Program-made: the position numbers and the translations under genes | Shown: positions 10,873-20,660 of the stretch, piece by piece | How the letters are laid out: every line of letters starts with the position of its first letter | Numbering within the stretch: the first letter of the stretch is position 1 | Assembly (NCBI GenBank): GCA_965279035.1 | Contig: OZ257142.1 | Location: 544,001-608,000 of the forward strand | Length of the DNA stretch: 64,000 bases | Origin: Bacteroidia bacterium | Lineage (GTDB): Bacteria; Bacteroidota; Bacteroidia; M30B66 | Reading direction: 5' to 3' | The notes under the pieces: model-generated | Databases searched by the model: none | What the model saw: only the letters and a program-made list of their open reading frames with translations | What the model was told of the DNA's origin: nothing

Positions 10873-11607
10873 TTACGAACGTATTGTCTTATCGGCTACC
10901 ATTTCGGCGCGATAACGTCCACTTTGCACCCGTGTTAATTGATAAATTGTAGCATACAACACCCACATCAATAGCGTATAACATAATGTAACACCCCAAA
11001 CGCCCGGGTAATCCGATGGGGTGCTGATATAATGCAATACATCACTAAATAACCGTATCGGATGATGCAATAAATCCCAAGAATTCCAACGATCAAAGCG
11101 ACCAAGGTAAATTCCAAAGCTGCTTAAAAACAGCGTCGTGCCTGCAAACAACCAGCCTATCAACCAAGTAAAACGTTCTTTAATCAAGGCATGCATATCG
11201 AATAAAGATGCACAGCCGAGCATAATTCCATTCCAAGCAAACGATAAAATCAAGACTAAATCGAACCATTGAGGCACGCCAGGTCGAGGATACAGGTGGA
11301 ATAAATCGGTAATGATGTAAAAGGCATTCGGTAAGAAGAGCAACCAAGTAATCGTCAAACCATAGGAAATTAGATGGCTTTTATGACGCAATCGATACAC
11401 CGTTAACAAGGTCGACAATCCCAACGGAATGACTGCCAAAAACAGATTCCAAATCAGAAATAGATAAGTAAGTTCGCCCGTTCTCCAAATGCGAGCTGCT
11501 AATAACACAAAGCTTAAAATAATTGAAGCCGAAAAGCTAATGGCGACACCAGCTCGGTTATGCGATTTAAAGTAAACGTGTAAGCGACGGACAAAATAAG
11601 GAGTCAT
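10873..11607 (-). CDS. DUF1361 family membrane protein
   Basis: WNLFLA, WLLFLPNAFYIITDLFHL, GIYLGRFDRWNSWD. Confidence 0.88.
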   Translation of the reverse strand: MTPYFVRRLHVYFKSHNRAGVAISFSASIILSFVLLAARIWRTGELTYLFLIWNLFLAVIPLGLSTLLTVYRLRHKSHLISYGLTITWLLFLPNAFYIITDLFHLYPRPGVPQWFDLVLILSFAWNGIMLGCASLFDMHALIKERFTWLIGWLFAGTTLFLSSFGIYLGRFDRWNSWDLLHHPIRLFSDVLHYISTPSDYPGVWGVTLCYTLLMWVLYATIYQLTRVQSGRYRAEMVADKTIRS

Positions 11608-11679
11608 AAAACGATTGAGAGCTCCTTTAACGTACGCAGTCTTGCAAAAGTGCTGGCATTATGAATTTTTAACGATTCA

Positions 11680-12039
11680 TCAGCTCAACAAACGATAGAC
11701 ATACGGCCCAAACACCCAAATGGCAATACATACAGCCATAATCGACACGATTAGAACTGCGCCTGCTCCTAAATCTTTAGCTTGACCAATCAATGGGTCT
11801 TCTTCTTTCGTAATTCGGTCGGCTAATCGCTCCAATGCCGCATTTATCAGCTCCGACGAAATCACTATGCCCATGGCTAGTGTAATCAAGCACCACTCTA
11901 TAGGAGAAATAGAAAACCAGCAACCTAAACCAATAACCAGCATTGCTGCCAGCACATGAAAACGCAAATGTGCTTCAGTTTTCAAACCATGTACAATCCC
12001 TTGAATGGCAAATCTGAATGCTAAAAGCCGGGTTTTCAT
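11680..12039 (-). CDS. dgkA: Diacylglycerol/undecaprenol kinase family (DgkA-like)
   Basis: ELINAALERLAD..AKDLGAGAV, three hydrophobic segments. Confidence 0.88.
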   Translation of the reverse strand: MKTRLLAFRFAIQGIVHGLKTEAHLRFHVLAAMLVIGLGCWFSISPIEWCLITLAMGIVISSELINAALERLADRITKEEDPLIGQAKDLGAGAVLIVSIMAVCIAIWVFGPYVYRLLS

Positions 12040-13169
12040 TGTATCCAGTTGAGGTAATTGCTGGGAGAAATAACGCTAAACTCAGACTCAGGATAAGCAT
12101 CTTTCCAGGCTGAAGGAATTTTCTCTTTACCTGAATCTTTCCATTTGCATTCATAGGCATACAGCTTTCCATTTCGATCTTCCACCCAATCAATTTCCTG
12201 TTGCTGATAAGTGCGCCAGAAATAATTCAACGAATGTAAATTGGTGTATGACTGAAACTTCAACCGTTCCATCATCAGGTAATTTTCCCAAAGTTCACCT
12301 ACATCATTCCGCAAGGGTAGCGCATTGAAATTATTTATCAGCGCATTTCGAATTCCGTTATCCGTAAAGTAATAACGCGCATGTCGGGTGACTTCTTTCC
12401 GCAAATTCCGACTAAACCCTTGAAGCTTTTGAATGACGAATACCTTCTGTAATAAATCGAGGTAACGATCAACTGTGTTTTTACTTATTCCCAAATTCCG
12501 ACTCAATTCATCCAAGGAAACTTCTTTTCCCGGTTGAAACGCAATCAAGCGCAACAAATCACTCACTTTCGAAGCATTTCGGATACCTTCAAATTCTAGA
12601 ATGTCTTTCAGTAAATACGACGAAACTATGTCGCGCAGGTAATCTGCTTTTTCATCCAAGGAGTTTAAATGCACGAGCTCTGGATAGTTTCCATATACGA
12701 GTCGTTCGGGCAAACGGGCTTGTGTTTCCAGCACGTTTTCGTAGTTCGAATATTCCATTTGGGCAAATGGATATAAATACACAACCTTCTTTCTGCCTGT
12801 AAGTGGTTCACCGGTACTATTTCTCAAGTCAAACACCGACGAGCCCGTTGCAATTATGTGTAATCCTTCAATTTCATCCACCATCAATTTCAAGCACCAA
12901 CCAATCTCCGGTATACGATGCGCTTCATCAATTACTAGCAGTTTGTTATTGCCTACTAAACGGGTGTAATTCTCCACCGTTCGGTTTTGAAATGTTGATT
13001 GAACAAGTGAGTCATCTCCATTCAAAAAGAGATAGGGCAAACCTAATTCGGGAAGTATGTTCTTTAAAAACCAAGTTTTACCTGTTCTTCTTGCGCCTAA
13101 AAGCAGCAATACTTTATTGGGCTTCAGTGACTTACGAAAACTTTCTTCAATTGCCCGATGTATTTTCAT
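12036..13169 (-). CDS. AAA+ ATPase (AAA_14) with DUF4143 C-terminal domain
   Basis: Walker A GARRTGKT, Walker B VIDEAH, TGSS, wHTH-like middle, EIDWV..YECKW PD-(D/E)xK-like end. Confidence 0.9.
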   Translation of the reverse strand: MKIHRAIEESFRKSLKPNKVLLLLGARRTGKTWFLKNILPELGLPYLFLNGDDSLVQSTFQNRTVENYTRLVGNNKLLVIDEAHRIPEIGWCLKLMVDEIEGLHIIATGSSVFDLRNSTGEPLTGRKKVVYLYPFAQMEYSNYENVLETQARLPERLVYGNYPELVHLNSLDEKADYLRDIVSSYLLKDILEFEGIRNASKVSDLLRLIAFQPGKEVSLDELSRNLGISKNTVDRYLDLLQKVFVIQKLQGFSRNLRKEVTRHARYYFTDNGIRNALINNFNALPLRNDVGELWENYLMMERLKFQSYTNLHSLNYFWRTYQQQEIDWVEDRNGKLYAYECKWKDSGKEKIPSAWKDAYPESEFSVISPSNYLNWIQ

Positions 13170-13200
13170 ACATCAAAGCTACACATTTTTGAATTCCTAT

Positions 13201-13258
13201 TGACGATTTTTAATGAAATTCAGTCATCATACTGACGATATTTAATCAAATTCAGTCA
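13201..13258. promoter_or_regulatory. Two 26-bp direct repeats (TGAC-N18-GTCA), putative operator of the DUF4143 ATPase gene
   Basis: TGACGATTTTTAATGAAATTCAGTCA (13201-13226) and TGACGATATTTAATCAAATTCAGTCA (13233-13258); -7 element TAGCTTTG at 13174-13181 (minus). Confidence 0.6.
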
Positions 13259-13293
13259 ATAGCCTATTCGTTTGAATCTTTTAAATCGCTGCT

Positions 13294-13319
13294 TTTCTTA
13301 TAAATAGGCACCTTAGAAC
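13294..13319 (-). repeat. Imperfect copy of the 3' end of the DUF2480 gene (att-like direct repeat)
   Basis: TTTCTTATAAATAGGCACCTTAGAAC vs TTTCTTATATATCGGCACCGTAGAAC at 14104-14129; 23/26 identical. Confidence 0.7.
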
Positions 13320-13468
13320 CACAACCGATCTTTTAGGCAGATGTTTTTAATTTTCGTTTTAACTTGGAGATGAGTGGCTATAAACCGTATCAAACTAAAA
13401 AGTTTCGAAACACTGTCTATTCGGAAAACTCTTTGAAATATAAAATATAAGCTTTTGATTTTACCAAC

Positions 13469-13789
13469 CTATCGTATCTCAATAGGTCCAGTTTGCAAGT
13501 CAGATTTTAACACGTCTTTTATCTTTTGAACTAGTCTTTTCAATGTTTCATAACTATTGTCAGAAGCATTTAATACAAGAACCGTTATTGAATATTTTGT
13601 AAAATTCTGCTGATACTGCAAGTTTTTATCAAAGGTTAATAAAGCGTCAAATTTGTTGTCTATTAACAATGTCAGTAATTTTCCATTAGAAATTCCTGCC
13701 CATCCTTTATCTGCTACAGTGAAAATTTCATGCTCAATAAAGTCTTGTTTTAATCTTTTGGGTAGATTTTCATCAAGCAGCAGTCTCAT
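13469..13789 (-). CDS. DUF5615 PIN-like toxin (VapC45-like)
   Basis: MRLLLDENLP..LLTFDKNL PIN motif; overlaps the DUF433 gene. Confidence 0.85.
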   Translation of the reverse strand: MRLLLDENLPKRLKQDFIEHEIFTVADKGWAGISNGKLLTLLIDNKFDALLTFDKNLQYQQNFTKYSITVLVLNASDNSYETLKRLVQKIKDVLKSDLQTGPIEIR

Positions 13790-14015
13790 AGATTTGCTGG
13801 ATGTTTTTTGAAGTCAATATTTTACTTGCTATTTCGATTACTGCAATGGCTTGCTCCTTTTTTACAGTAGGAAAATCATCAAGAAATTCATCAAGTGCTA
13901 TTCCTTTCTCTATATGATCAAATAGTGTTTGAATAGGAACTCGTGTTCCCATAAAAACAGGATTACCTGATAGTATTTCCTTATCTATAGTTATATAGTC
14001 TTTAATTCTATACAT
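13773..14015 (-). CDS. DUF433 antitoxin (VapB45-like)
   Basis: ITIDKEILSGNPVFMGTRVP..LDEFLDDFPTV. Confidence 0.88.
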   Translation of the reverse strand: MYRIKDYITIDKEILSGNPVFMGTRVPIQTLFDHIEKGIALDEFLDDFPTVKKEQAIAVIEIASKILTSKNIQQIYETAA

Positions 14016-14019
14016 GATT

Positions 14020-14061
14020 CAAATATACGAAAATCTACGAAATACCCGTCAAATGGGTATT
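14020..14061 (-). promoter_or_regulatory. TA promoter with palindromic operator
   Basis: TATATTTG -7 at 14020-14027; AATACCC-N7-GGGTATT inverted repeat at 14041-14061 enclosing a TTTG -33 candidate. Confidence 0.55.
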
Positions 14062-14100
14062 CTGTGAATTATGACGTAAATGCCAATCATTTACAGCTAA

Positions 14101-14607
14101 CTATTTCTTATATATCGGCACCGTAGAACAGGCTTCACCGTACATGATACTTTTCGTAATCGGACGAAGCTTATTCGTTAGCATGACAAATGCTGACCGT
14201 GGAACGGGAAGGTTGCCGCAACCTTTGATAATCACGCGTTGGTTTTCGTATTCCGAAACATCCAAACTATCAATAATCTCTTTGTATAACTCGCTCTCTA
14301 GCGTTTCTAAATCACCAAATACAATACGTTTTGCATATGGTTCTAATTGAGCTGCCAATAACATATACGCCCAAACTGGAATTATCGCATCAGCAGAACA
14401 ATAAACCGCTACATAAGCATTGGAATATGTCGACCAGTCGTTCGTTTTCAACCATTCGCGAAAGTCTTTCTCCTTGAGAATTTGTCCCATGAACAGCTGC
14501 TCGGTAATGTCAATCTGCCGGCGAACACCTTTTATATAGTAATCTTCCAGATCGATGTTGATCAGTCCGCTATTAGCTACTTTATTGACAATTACCTCTT
14601 CCATCAC
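14101..14607 (-). CDS. DUF2480 family protein (suf-associated)
   Basis: IVNKVANSGL, CSADAIIPVWAYML, KSIMYGEACSTVPIYK. Confidence 0.88.
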   Translation of the reverse strand: MMEEVIVNKVANSGLINIDLEDYYIKGVRRQIDITEQLFMGQILKEKDFREWLKTNDWSTYSNAYVAVYCSADAIIPVWAYMLLAAQLEPYAKRIVFGDLETLESELYKEIIDSLDVSEYENQRVIIKGCGNLPVPRSAFVMLTNKLRPITKSIMYGEACSTVPIYKK

Positions 14608-14615
14608 GGTAAGAA

Positions 14616-14933
14616 TTATAAAAATCCTAATTCCAATTTAGCTTCTTCGCTCATCATGCTTTGATCCCAAGCCGGCTCAAACGTGATTTCCACCTTTGCC
14701 GAATTCACTCCTTCAACCGTTTTGATTTTCTCTTCTACATCAGGAGGCAAAGTTTCAGCAACCGGACAAGAAGGTGAAGTAAGAGTCATCACAATCTGAA
14801 CATCCCGATTTTCGTTGATATTCACCTCGTAGATTAAGCCCAGCTCGTAGATATTCACGGGGATTTCTGGGTCATAACAGGTCCGGATCATGTCGATCAC
14901 ATCCTTCTCAAGTTGTTCGAGTGTCTTTTCCAT
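14616..14933 (-). CDS. sufT: SUF Fe-S assembly protein, DUF59/SufT
   Basis: YDPEIPVNIYELGLIY, MTLTSPSCP. Confidence 0.9.
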   Translation of the reverse strand: MEKTLEQLEKDVIDMIRTCYDPEIPVNIYELGLIYEVNINENRDVQIVMTLTSPSCPVAETLPPDVEEKIKTVEGVNSAKVEITFEPAWDQSMMSEEAKLELGFL

Positions 14934-14937
14934 CGAC

Positions 14938-15354
14938 TCAGTTCTTTATGTATTTAGCAGCTTCCATTTTCATGCGACGAATCATGGCTTCCAGTCCATT
15001 CGAACGCTGCATTGATAAATTATCGCGAATGCCTGTTTTATCTATAAAAGTCAAATCAGCCGTCAAGATATCTTCAGGCTTTTCATCTCCCAAAACTCGC
15101 ATGATAATACTCAATAAACCACGAGGAATTTGAGCTTCACTATCTGCTACATAATGTACATGAGTACCATCAAATTCCGAAGCGATGTACACTTTGTTCT
15201 GGCATCCATGAACGATATTCTCTTCAATCCGAAACTGATCGTCCATTGCAGGCAAATCCTTTCCATGATCTATCACATAGCTGAATTTCTCTTGCCAGTC
15301 TCCAAATAGGTCCAGCTCCTCAATTATTTCAGCTTCTTTCGCAACAATGCTCAT
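14938..15354 (-). CDS. sufE: Fe-S assembly sulfur acceptor SufE
   Basis: VHGCQNKV, ADSEAQIPRGL, LSMQRSNGL. Confidence 0.92.
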   Translation of the reverse strand: MSIVAKEAEIIEELDLFGDWQEKFSYVIDHGKDLPAMDDQFRIEENIVHGCQNKVYIASEFDGTHVHYVADSEAQIPRGLLSIIMRVLGDEKPEDILTADLTFIDKTGIRDNLSMQRSNGLEAMIRRMKMEAAKYIKN

Positions 15355-16580
15355 TGCAACATCTTTTTAGCAAGGCTTATGGCATCAACCATTCGGTCAA
15401 TTTCGGCCCGAGTATTATAAAATGAAAAGGATGCCCGAAGTGTTCCGGGAATTCCAAAAAAGTCCATTACGGGTTGAGCGCAATGATGACCAGTTCGCAA
15501 TGCAATTCCTTTTTTATCGAGAATAAAACCAATGTCATAAGGATGTAAATCCTCCATAACAAAGGAAATGACCGCTACCTTTTCTTTCGCTTCCCCAATA
15601 ATTTGAACGCCTTCAATTTCCTTTAAACGATTGGTTCCGTATTGAAGCAAGTCTTGCTCATAAGCTTGAACAGCTGCATGATCGAGCGAATTCCAATACC
15701 GAATTCCTTCTGCCATCACAATTCCTCCACTAATATTGGGCGTTCCTGCTTCGAAACGCAAAGGCGCATCGTTGTAAGTAGTTTTTTCAAACGTAACGGT
15801 ACGAATCATATCGCCACCTCCTTTCCAAGGCGGAAGTTGATCGAGTAATTGCTGCTTTCCGTATAAAACGCCTACACCCGTTGGGCCTAAGATCTTATGT
15901 GCAGAAAACACGTAAAAATCGCAATCCAACTCCTGAACATCTACTTTAAAATGAGGAACAGCTTGAGCTCCATCAATCAAAGTCATAGCACCAAACTCAC
16001 GAGCCATAGCTAGTATTTCTCGAACGGGATTTATCGTTCCCAATGCGTTCGACACCTGAATAATCGACACCATGCGAGTTCTCAGTCCGATCAATTTGCG
16101 GGCTTCTTCTAAAATCAGCTCACCATTGGAATCCATCGGAATTACTTTCAACACAGCGCCAGTTTGCTCACATACTAATTGCCAAGGGACAATATTGGCG
16201 TGGTGTTCCATGGCAGTTACCACAATTTCATCACCCGGTTTGAGGTAATTTCTTCCCCAAGTTTGAGCGATGAGATTGATGCCATCGGTTGTGCCGCTTG
16301 TGAAGATTATTTCTTCGGTTTTGCGGGCATTCAGAAAAGCACGAATTTCTTCTCGTGCCTGTTCGTATGCCGATGTTGCCAACTGACTTAAATGATGCAC
16401 TCCACGGTGAATATTCGCATTGTAAGTCGAATAATACTTCACCATAACATCAATTACCTGTTGAGGTTTTTGAGAGGTTGCTCCATTATCGAAATACACC
16501 AGCGGACACCCATTCACTTCCTGATGCAGGATTGGAAAATCCCGGCGAACAAGCTCAACATCAAAAGGAAGGGTATTCAT
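15351..16580 (-). CDS. sufS: Cysteine desulfurase SufS
   Basis: YFDNGATSQKP, FSAHK PLP lysine, RTGHHCAQP. Confidence 0.95.
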   Translation of the reverse strand: MNTLPFDVELVRRDFPILHQEVNGCPLVYFDNGATSQKPQQVIDVMVKYYSTYNANIHRGVHHLSQLATSAYEQAREEIRAFLNARKTEEIIFTSGTTDGINLIAQTWGRNYLKPGDEIVVTAMEHHANIVPWQLVCEQTGAVLKVIPMDSNGELILEEARKLIGLRTRMVSIIQVSNALGTINPVREILAMAREFGAMTLIDGAQAVPHFKVDVQELDCDFYVFSAHKILGPTGVGVLYGKQQLLDQLPPWKGGGDMIRTVTFEKTTYNDAPLRFEAGTPNISGGIVMAEGIRYWNSLDHAAVQAYEQDLLQYGTNRLKEIEGVQIIGEAKEKVAVISFVMEDLHPYDIGFILDKKGIALRTGHHCAQPVMDFFGIPGTLRASFSFYNTRAEIDRMVDAISLAKKMLQ

Positions 16581-16593
16581 GGTTTAGGTAGAA

Positions 16594-17919
16594 TCAGATT
16601 CGGCTGGCTAATACTTCGGCAACAGCATTCCGCAATGTTTCGTGTGGAATGTGTTCGATTATTTCTCCTGCGTAAGCATTCAAGAGAAGTACACGAGCTT
16701 TTTCAAGAGAAATTCCGCGAGCGCGCAAATAAAATAACTGCTCTGGATCTAACACTCCGGTAGATGAACCATGCGAACATTTTACATCATCAGCATAGAT
16801 TTCCAACTGAGGCTTGGTATTCACGGTGCCGGTCTCACTTTGGAGAATATTTTTGTTGCTTTGAAACGCATTGGTCTTTTGTGCATCCTTACGCACATAA
16901 ACCTTTCCATTGAAAATTGCAATTGCAGAATCATCCACCACACCTTTGTACAATTCGTTGCTTTCGCAGCGTGGATAGCGATGATCAACCAAGGTGTGAT
17001 TATCCACTATTTGTGAATTTACCGGATGATAATAGCCGTACAAATGTGCTTCACATTCGGGAGCATCGAGCACGATATTTAGGTTGTTTCGCAACATACC
17101 CGAACCAAGACTGATCGTTACCGTTTCGAATTTGCCATGTTGCTTCACATGTGCTTCGGTTGTATGAAAATGTCCCGCAGTATGTTCTTCCGATTGAAGG
17201 GTAATCCAGTTGACATTCGCGTCTTTCTCCACCAGAATTTCGGTCACGCTGTTACTAGCAATAGAAGCATTTCCTTTCGTGCTGATGGATGTTTGAATGA
17301 CTTCTACTTCTGAAGATTCATCCGAAATAAATAACACGCGTGGTTGAATCAATTTGGCTTCCGGACTACTTACCAATTCAATGAGTTGAACAGGTTTAGG
17401 TAGTTTACAATTTGTTGGGATATAGCAATAAATTCCATCTTGAAACAACGCGGAGTTTAATGCCAGAAACGAATCAGAGTCAGCTTTTGCAAGTGTTCCC
17501 AGATTAGTTAATGCATGTGCATCGTTATTTCGTAGTGCTTCAGCTAAACTTCCCATCACAACACCCATTGGCAAACCTTCGATTCGGGATAGTTTTTTTG
17601 AAAAAATCCCATTCAACAACACAAGCCGAAAAGCATCTTCAACCAATAAAGAATGATTGAGCACATCTGACTCCGAAGGTAAATCAGTTTCCTGCGGACT
17701 TAATGTTTGGTTCAGTTCAGACGTAAATAGTTTTTCTACTTGCAAGTAGCGGTATTCCTCGTGTTTTTTACCAGGAAAACCTAAAAGGGCAAACGATTCG
17801 GCTGCTTTATCCCGAAAACCATTTAATATGGTATTATCGGGCAATAAGGCTGCTTTTCGGATGTGAAATCCAGCGAGCAACTTCTCTTTTAACGATTGTC
17901 CTTCGAGTGTATCGGCCAT
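16594..17919 (-). CDS. sufD: Fe-S assembly protein SufD
   Basis: KPQLEIYADDVKCSHG, FYLRARGI. Confidence 0.95.
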   Translation of the reverse strand: MADTLEGQSLKEKLLAGFHIRKAALLPDNTILNGFRDKAAESFALLGFPGKKHEEYRYLQVEKLFTSELNQTLSPQETDLPSESDVLNHSLLVEDAFRLVLLNGIFSKKLSRIEGLPMGVVMGSLAEALRNNDAHALTNLGTLAKADSDSFLALNSALFQDGIYCYIPTNCKLPKPVQLIELVSSPEAKLIQPRVLFISDESSEVEVIQTSISTKGNASIASNSVTEILVEKDANVNWITLQSEEHTAGHFHTTEAHVKQHGKFETVTISLGSGMLRNNLNIVLDAPECEAHLYGYYHPVNSQIVDNHTLVDHRYPRCESNELYKGVVDDSAIAIFNGKVYVRKDAQKTNAFQSNKNILQSETGTVNTKPQLEIYADDVKCSHGSSTGVLDPEQLFYLRARGISLEKARVLLLNAYAGEIIEHIPHETLRNAVAEVLASRI

Positions 17920-17930
17920 GTTGTGGACAA

Positions 17931-18686
17931 TTATAAAGACGCTAATTCTTTCTTAATCCAATCGTAGCCTTTTTCTTCGAGCTCGAGTGCTAATTCTTTT
18001 CCGCCTGTTTTAACTATGCGGCCATCATACATTACATGTACTACATCGGGAACGATATAATCGAGCAAACGTTGATAGTGAGTAATAACAATGGCTGAAT
18101 TTTCAGGCGATTTCAAGCGATTTACACCATTAGCAACTACACGTAATGCATCAATATCAAGTCCTGAATCGGTTTCATCTAAAATGGCGAGTTTGGGATT
18201 GAGCATCGCCATTTGAAAAATCTCATTACGTTTCTTTTCTCCACCTGAGAAACCTTCGTTTACAGAGCGGTTGGTCAGATTAGATTCAATTTCCACGTAC
18301 GCTTTTTTCTCCTTCATCAACTGAAGAAATTCTTTTGGCTCCATTGGAGGAAGTCCACGGTATTCGCGTTGTTCAGCGATAGCAGTCTTCAAAAAGTTGG
18401 TAATACTCACTCCCGGAATCTCCACCGGATACTGAAATGCAAGAAAAATTCCTTCACGGGCGCGATCTTCTGGAGCTAATGCTAGCAAATCTTTTCCTTC
18501 AAAAAACACTTCTCCGGCTGTTACTTGATAGTCTTCTCTCCCAGCTAAAACCGAAGCCAAAGTTGATTTTCCAGAACCATTCGGTCCCATAATCGCATGA
18601 ACTTCACCCGGTTTTACTTCCAACGAAAAACCCTTCAGAATCTCTTTTTCTTCTACACGTGCGTGCAGGTTACGAATACTCAGCAT
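17931..18686 (-). CDS. sufC: Fe-S assembly ATPase SufC
   Basis: [26 protein letters not shown]; own TACCTTTG promoter at 18737-18744. Confidence 0.97.
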   Translation of the reverse strand: MLSIRNLHARVEEKEILKGFSLEVKPGEVHAIMGPNGSGKSTLASVLAGREDYQVTAGEVFFEGKDLLALAPEDRAREGIFLAFQYPVEIPGVSITNFLKTAIAEQREYRGLPPMEPKEFLQLMKEKKAYVEIESNLTNRSVNEGFSGGEKKRNEIFQMAMLNPKLAILDETDSGLDIDALRVVANGVNRLKSPENSAIVITHYQRLLDYIVPDVVHVMYDGRIVKTGGKELALELEEKGYDWIKKELASL

Positions 18687-18905
18687 TTACTATGTTTTTG
18701 GAACAGCCTTGTTTAAAACCGTTCTAAATAAGGCCGCAAAGGTAACACAATCGCATGGATAAGGTTTATCTGAAAAAAGAAAATTGGCGATTTCGATTTA
18801 ATAATTTTTGAATCTTGATCAATATTATGGTAATGAGTTTTATTGATTAGTTCACGTTTTCGGGGATAACGAATTGTCGATAACAGGTTTTGGTGCAAAA
18901 TGATT

Positions 18906-19439
18906 TTACTTTGATAAGATAATTTCTTGGGTTTGAATCTGATTGCTTCTATGAAGTGAACGATCTACAATAGTGACTTCGTAGCGAATCGTATCATAAA
19001 CAGAGAAAGGATTATTAGTAAATAAGGACATGCTTAAATCGCCTTCAAGCGTTTTATTCTGACCTGTTGGAGTCAAATAAGGAATTCGGCTATGGTTACT
19101 AAGTGTATCTCCACCGGGAACCGCAGGAGGAAGAACAATGCGAACCCATTTCCCCAGTTGTTTTTCAAAATAGTTGATGTATAAATCGTAGTAGAAAGGG
19201 GAGCTTCGGTCAAAAGGAGGAAATGTATCGGAAGGATTCAAGCCAACATCACCATCCCCATCAGTAAAATAAATATGAATAATTCCGATTGAATCTTTAC
19301 CTGCGACGTTCTTCACTTGATCAAAGCCAGTCAAAGAGATAAGCGGTGTATCAGAAAAGTTTTTGTCCTTTTTACAGGAAACACACATTCCGATGCAAAA
19401 GATAAGTAGGAACAACTGTAATTTTGGCTGGCCAAACAT
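18906..19439 (-). CDS. Hypothetical lipoprotein
   Basis: Lipobox CVSC-KK; FTDGDGDVG motif seen in Bacteroidota lipoproteins. Confidence 0.7.
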   Translation of the reverse strand: MFGQPKLQLFLLIFCIGMCVSCKKDKNFSDTPLISLTGFDQVKNVAGKDSIGIIHIYFTDGDGDVGLNPSDTFPPFDRSSPFYYDLYINYFEKQLGKWVRIVLPPAVPGGDTLSNHSRIPYLTPTGQNKTLEGDLSMSLFTNNPFSVYDTIRYEVTIVDRSLHRSNQIQTQEIILSK

Positions 19440-20467
19440 GTCACGAAGATAAAGGCATTTTACTTATTGTGTTTCCTCCAGAACGTTCCTCCCTTCGAAA
19501 TTCGATTTTCAAGATATCAAGTCAGGAAGATTTCCAAGACCGATGTTTGGCAGTTTATCGATATCAGTCGATCTGGAATCCCGTGTATCGCGCTTGGATC
19601 AAAGCATTGAATATAAATCCGGAGGATATCTCACATCCGAACGACATTCCTTATTTACCGATTCAATTTTTCAAAGATCAACGGGTGTTCAATGATCAAA
19701 CTTCGTCGGTACTTGAATTCAGCAGTTCTGGAACAACTGGAATAACGACTTCGATTCATCACGTAGCAGATACCTTATTATATGAGGAGAGTTTCACAAC
19801 TGGATTTATTCGTGAATATGGCTCTCCATCGAATTCCGTTATTTTAGGTTTACTACCAGCATACCTTGAACGCCCAGGTTCTTCCTTAGTATATATGACT
19901 GACAGTTTGATTCGTCAGTCGGGTAGAGCAGAAAGTGGATTCTACTTGAATAATCTGAACGAATTATTGGATGTGTTGAATCGTTTGGCAAGCAAGAATC
20001 AACGTGTATGGCTCATTGGAGTGAGTTTCGCCTTGCTCGATTTAGCTTTACTTGCTCCACCTGTTTGGCCTGAGTTAACTGTGGTAGAAACTGGAGGTAT
20101 GAAAGGTCGGCGTAAAGAGATGATAAGGGAAGAATTGCACGCAACCATACGCGCTACTTGGCCTCTTGCACATTTGCACAGCGAATATGGCATGACGGAA
20201 TTATTCAGTCAGGCTTGGATGAATGATTTGGGCAGGTTTCAATGTCCGCCTTGGATGGATATCCGTATTCGGGATGCAAATGATCCATTTACATATGTTG
20301 AAGCAGGAAAGAGTGGAGGAATCAATGTGATTGATTTAGCGAATTTGGATTCCTGTTCATTTATTGCCACACAGGATTTAGGGCGCAGAAGGGAAGATGG
20401 TAGTTTTGATGTAATTGGGAGGTTCGATAATAGCGATTTACGCGGTTGTAATCTGTTGGTTACCTAG
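19424..20467 (+). CDS. LuxE/PaaK-like acyl-protein synthetase (start codon uncertain)
   Basis: PYLPIQFFK, FSSSGTTG, ETGGMKGR, EYGMTEL, TQDLG, GRFDNSDLRGC. Confidence 0.85.
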   Translation: MAGQTCHEDKGILLIVFPPERSSLRNSIFKISSQEDFQDRCLAVYRYQSIWNPVYRAWIKALNINPEDISHPNDIPYLPIQFFKDQRVFNDQTSSVLEFSSSGTTGITTSIHHVADTLLYEESFTTGFIREYGSPSNSVILGLLPAYLERPGSSLVYMTDSLIRQSGRAESGFYLNNLNELLDVLNRLASKNQRVWLIGVSFALLDLALLAPPVWPELTVVETGGMKGRRKEMIREELHATIRATWPLAHLHSEYGMTELFSQAWMNDLGRFQCPPWMDIRIRDANDPFTYVEAGKSGGINVIDLANLDSCSFIATQDLGRRREDGSFDVIGRFDNSDLRGCNLLVT

Positions 20468-20589
20468 AAATTTACCAAATGAATAAGAAAAATGCAACAA
20501 GTTTGATTCGCTGAATCATAGATATACCGTGATTTACGGAACTTTTTGAGCTATTGAATAAAGTCGTGTGAATTTTACTGTTGATAAAA

Positions 20590-20620
20590 TTTGCGCAGAA
20601 CGATTCTATTCCTATCTTTG
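20590..20620 (+). promoter_or_regulatory. Bacteroidota housekeeping promoter of rplM operon
   Basis: TTTG (20590-20593) N19 TATCTTTG (20613-20620). Confidence 0.7.
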
Positions 20621-20660
20621 CAGCCCGTTTGGAAAATCGTATTCTTAAATCCTAAGAAAA

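Noticed and set aside
13201-13258. Repeat pair as a mini CRISPR array
   Set aside because: Only two copies, a 6-bp spacer and no cas genes
18713-18898. 61-aa ORF upstream of sufC
   Set aside because: Non-ATG start, spans the sufC promoter, AT-rich and without motifs; not a sufB remnant
19424-20467. LuxE-like gene as evidence of bioluminescence
   Set aside because: No luxAB, luxC or luxD nearby; stand-alone homologues are common in Bacteroidota
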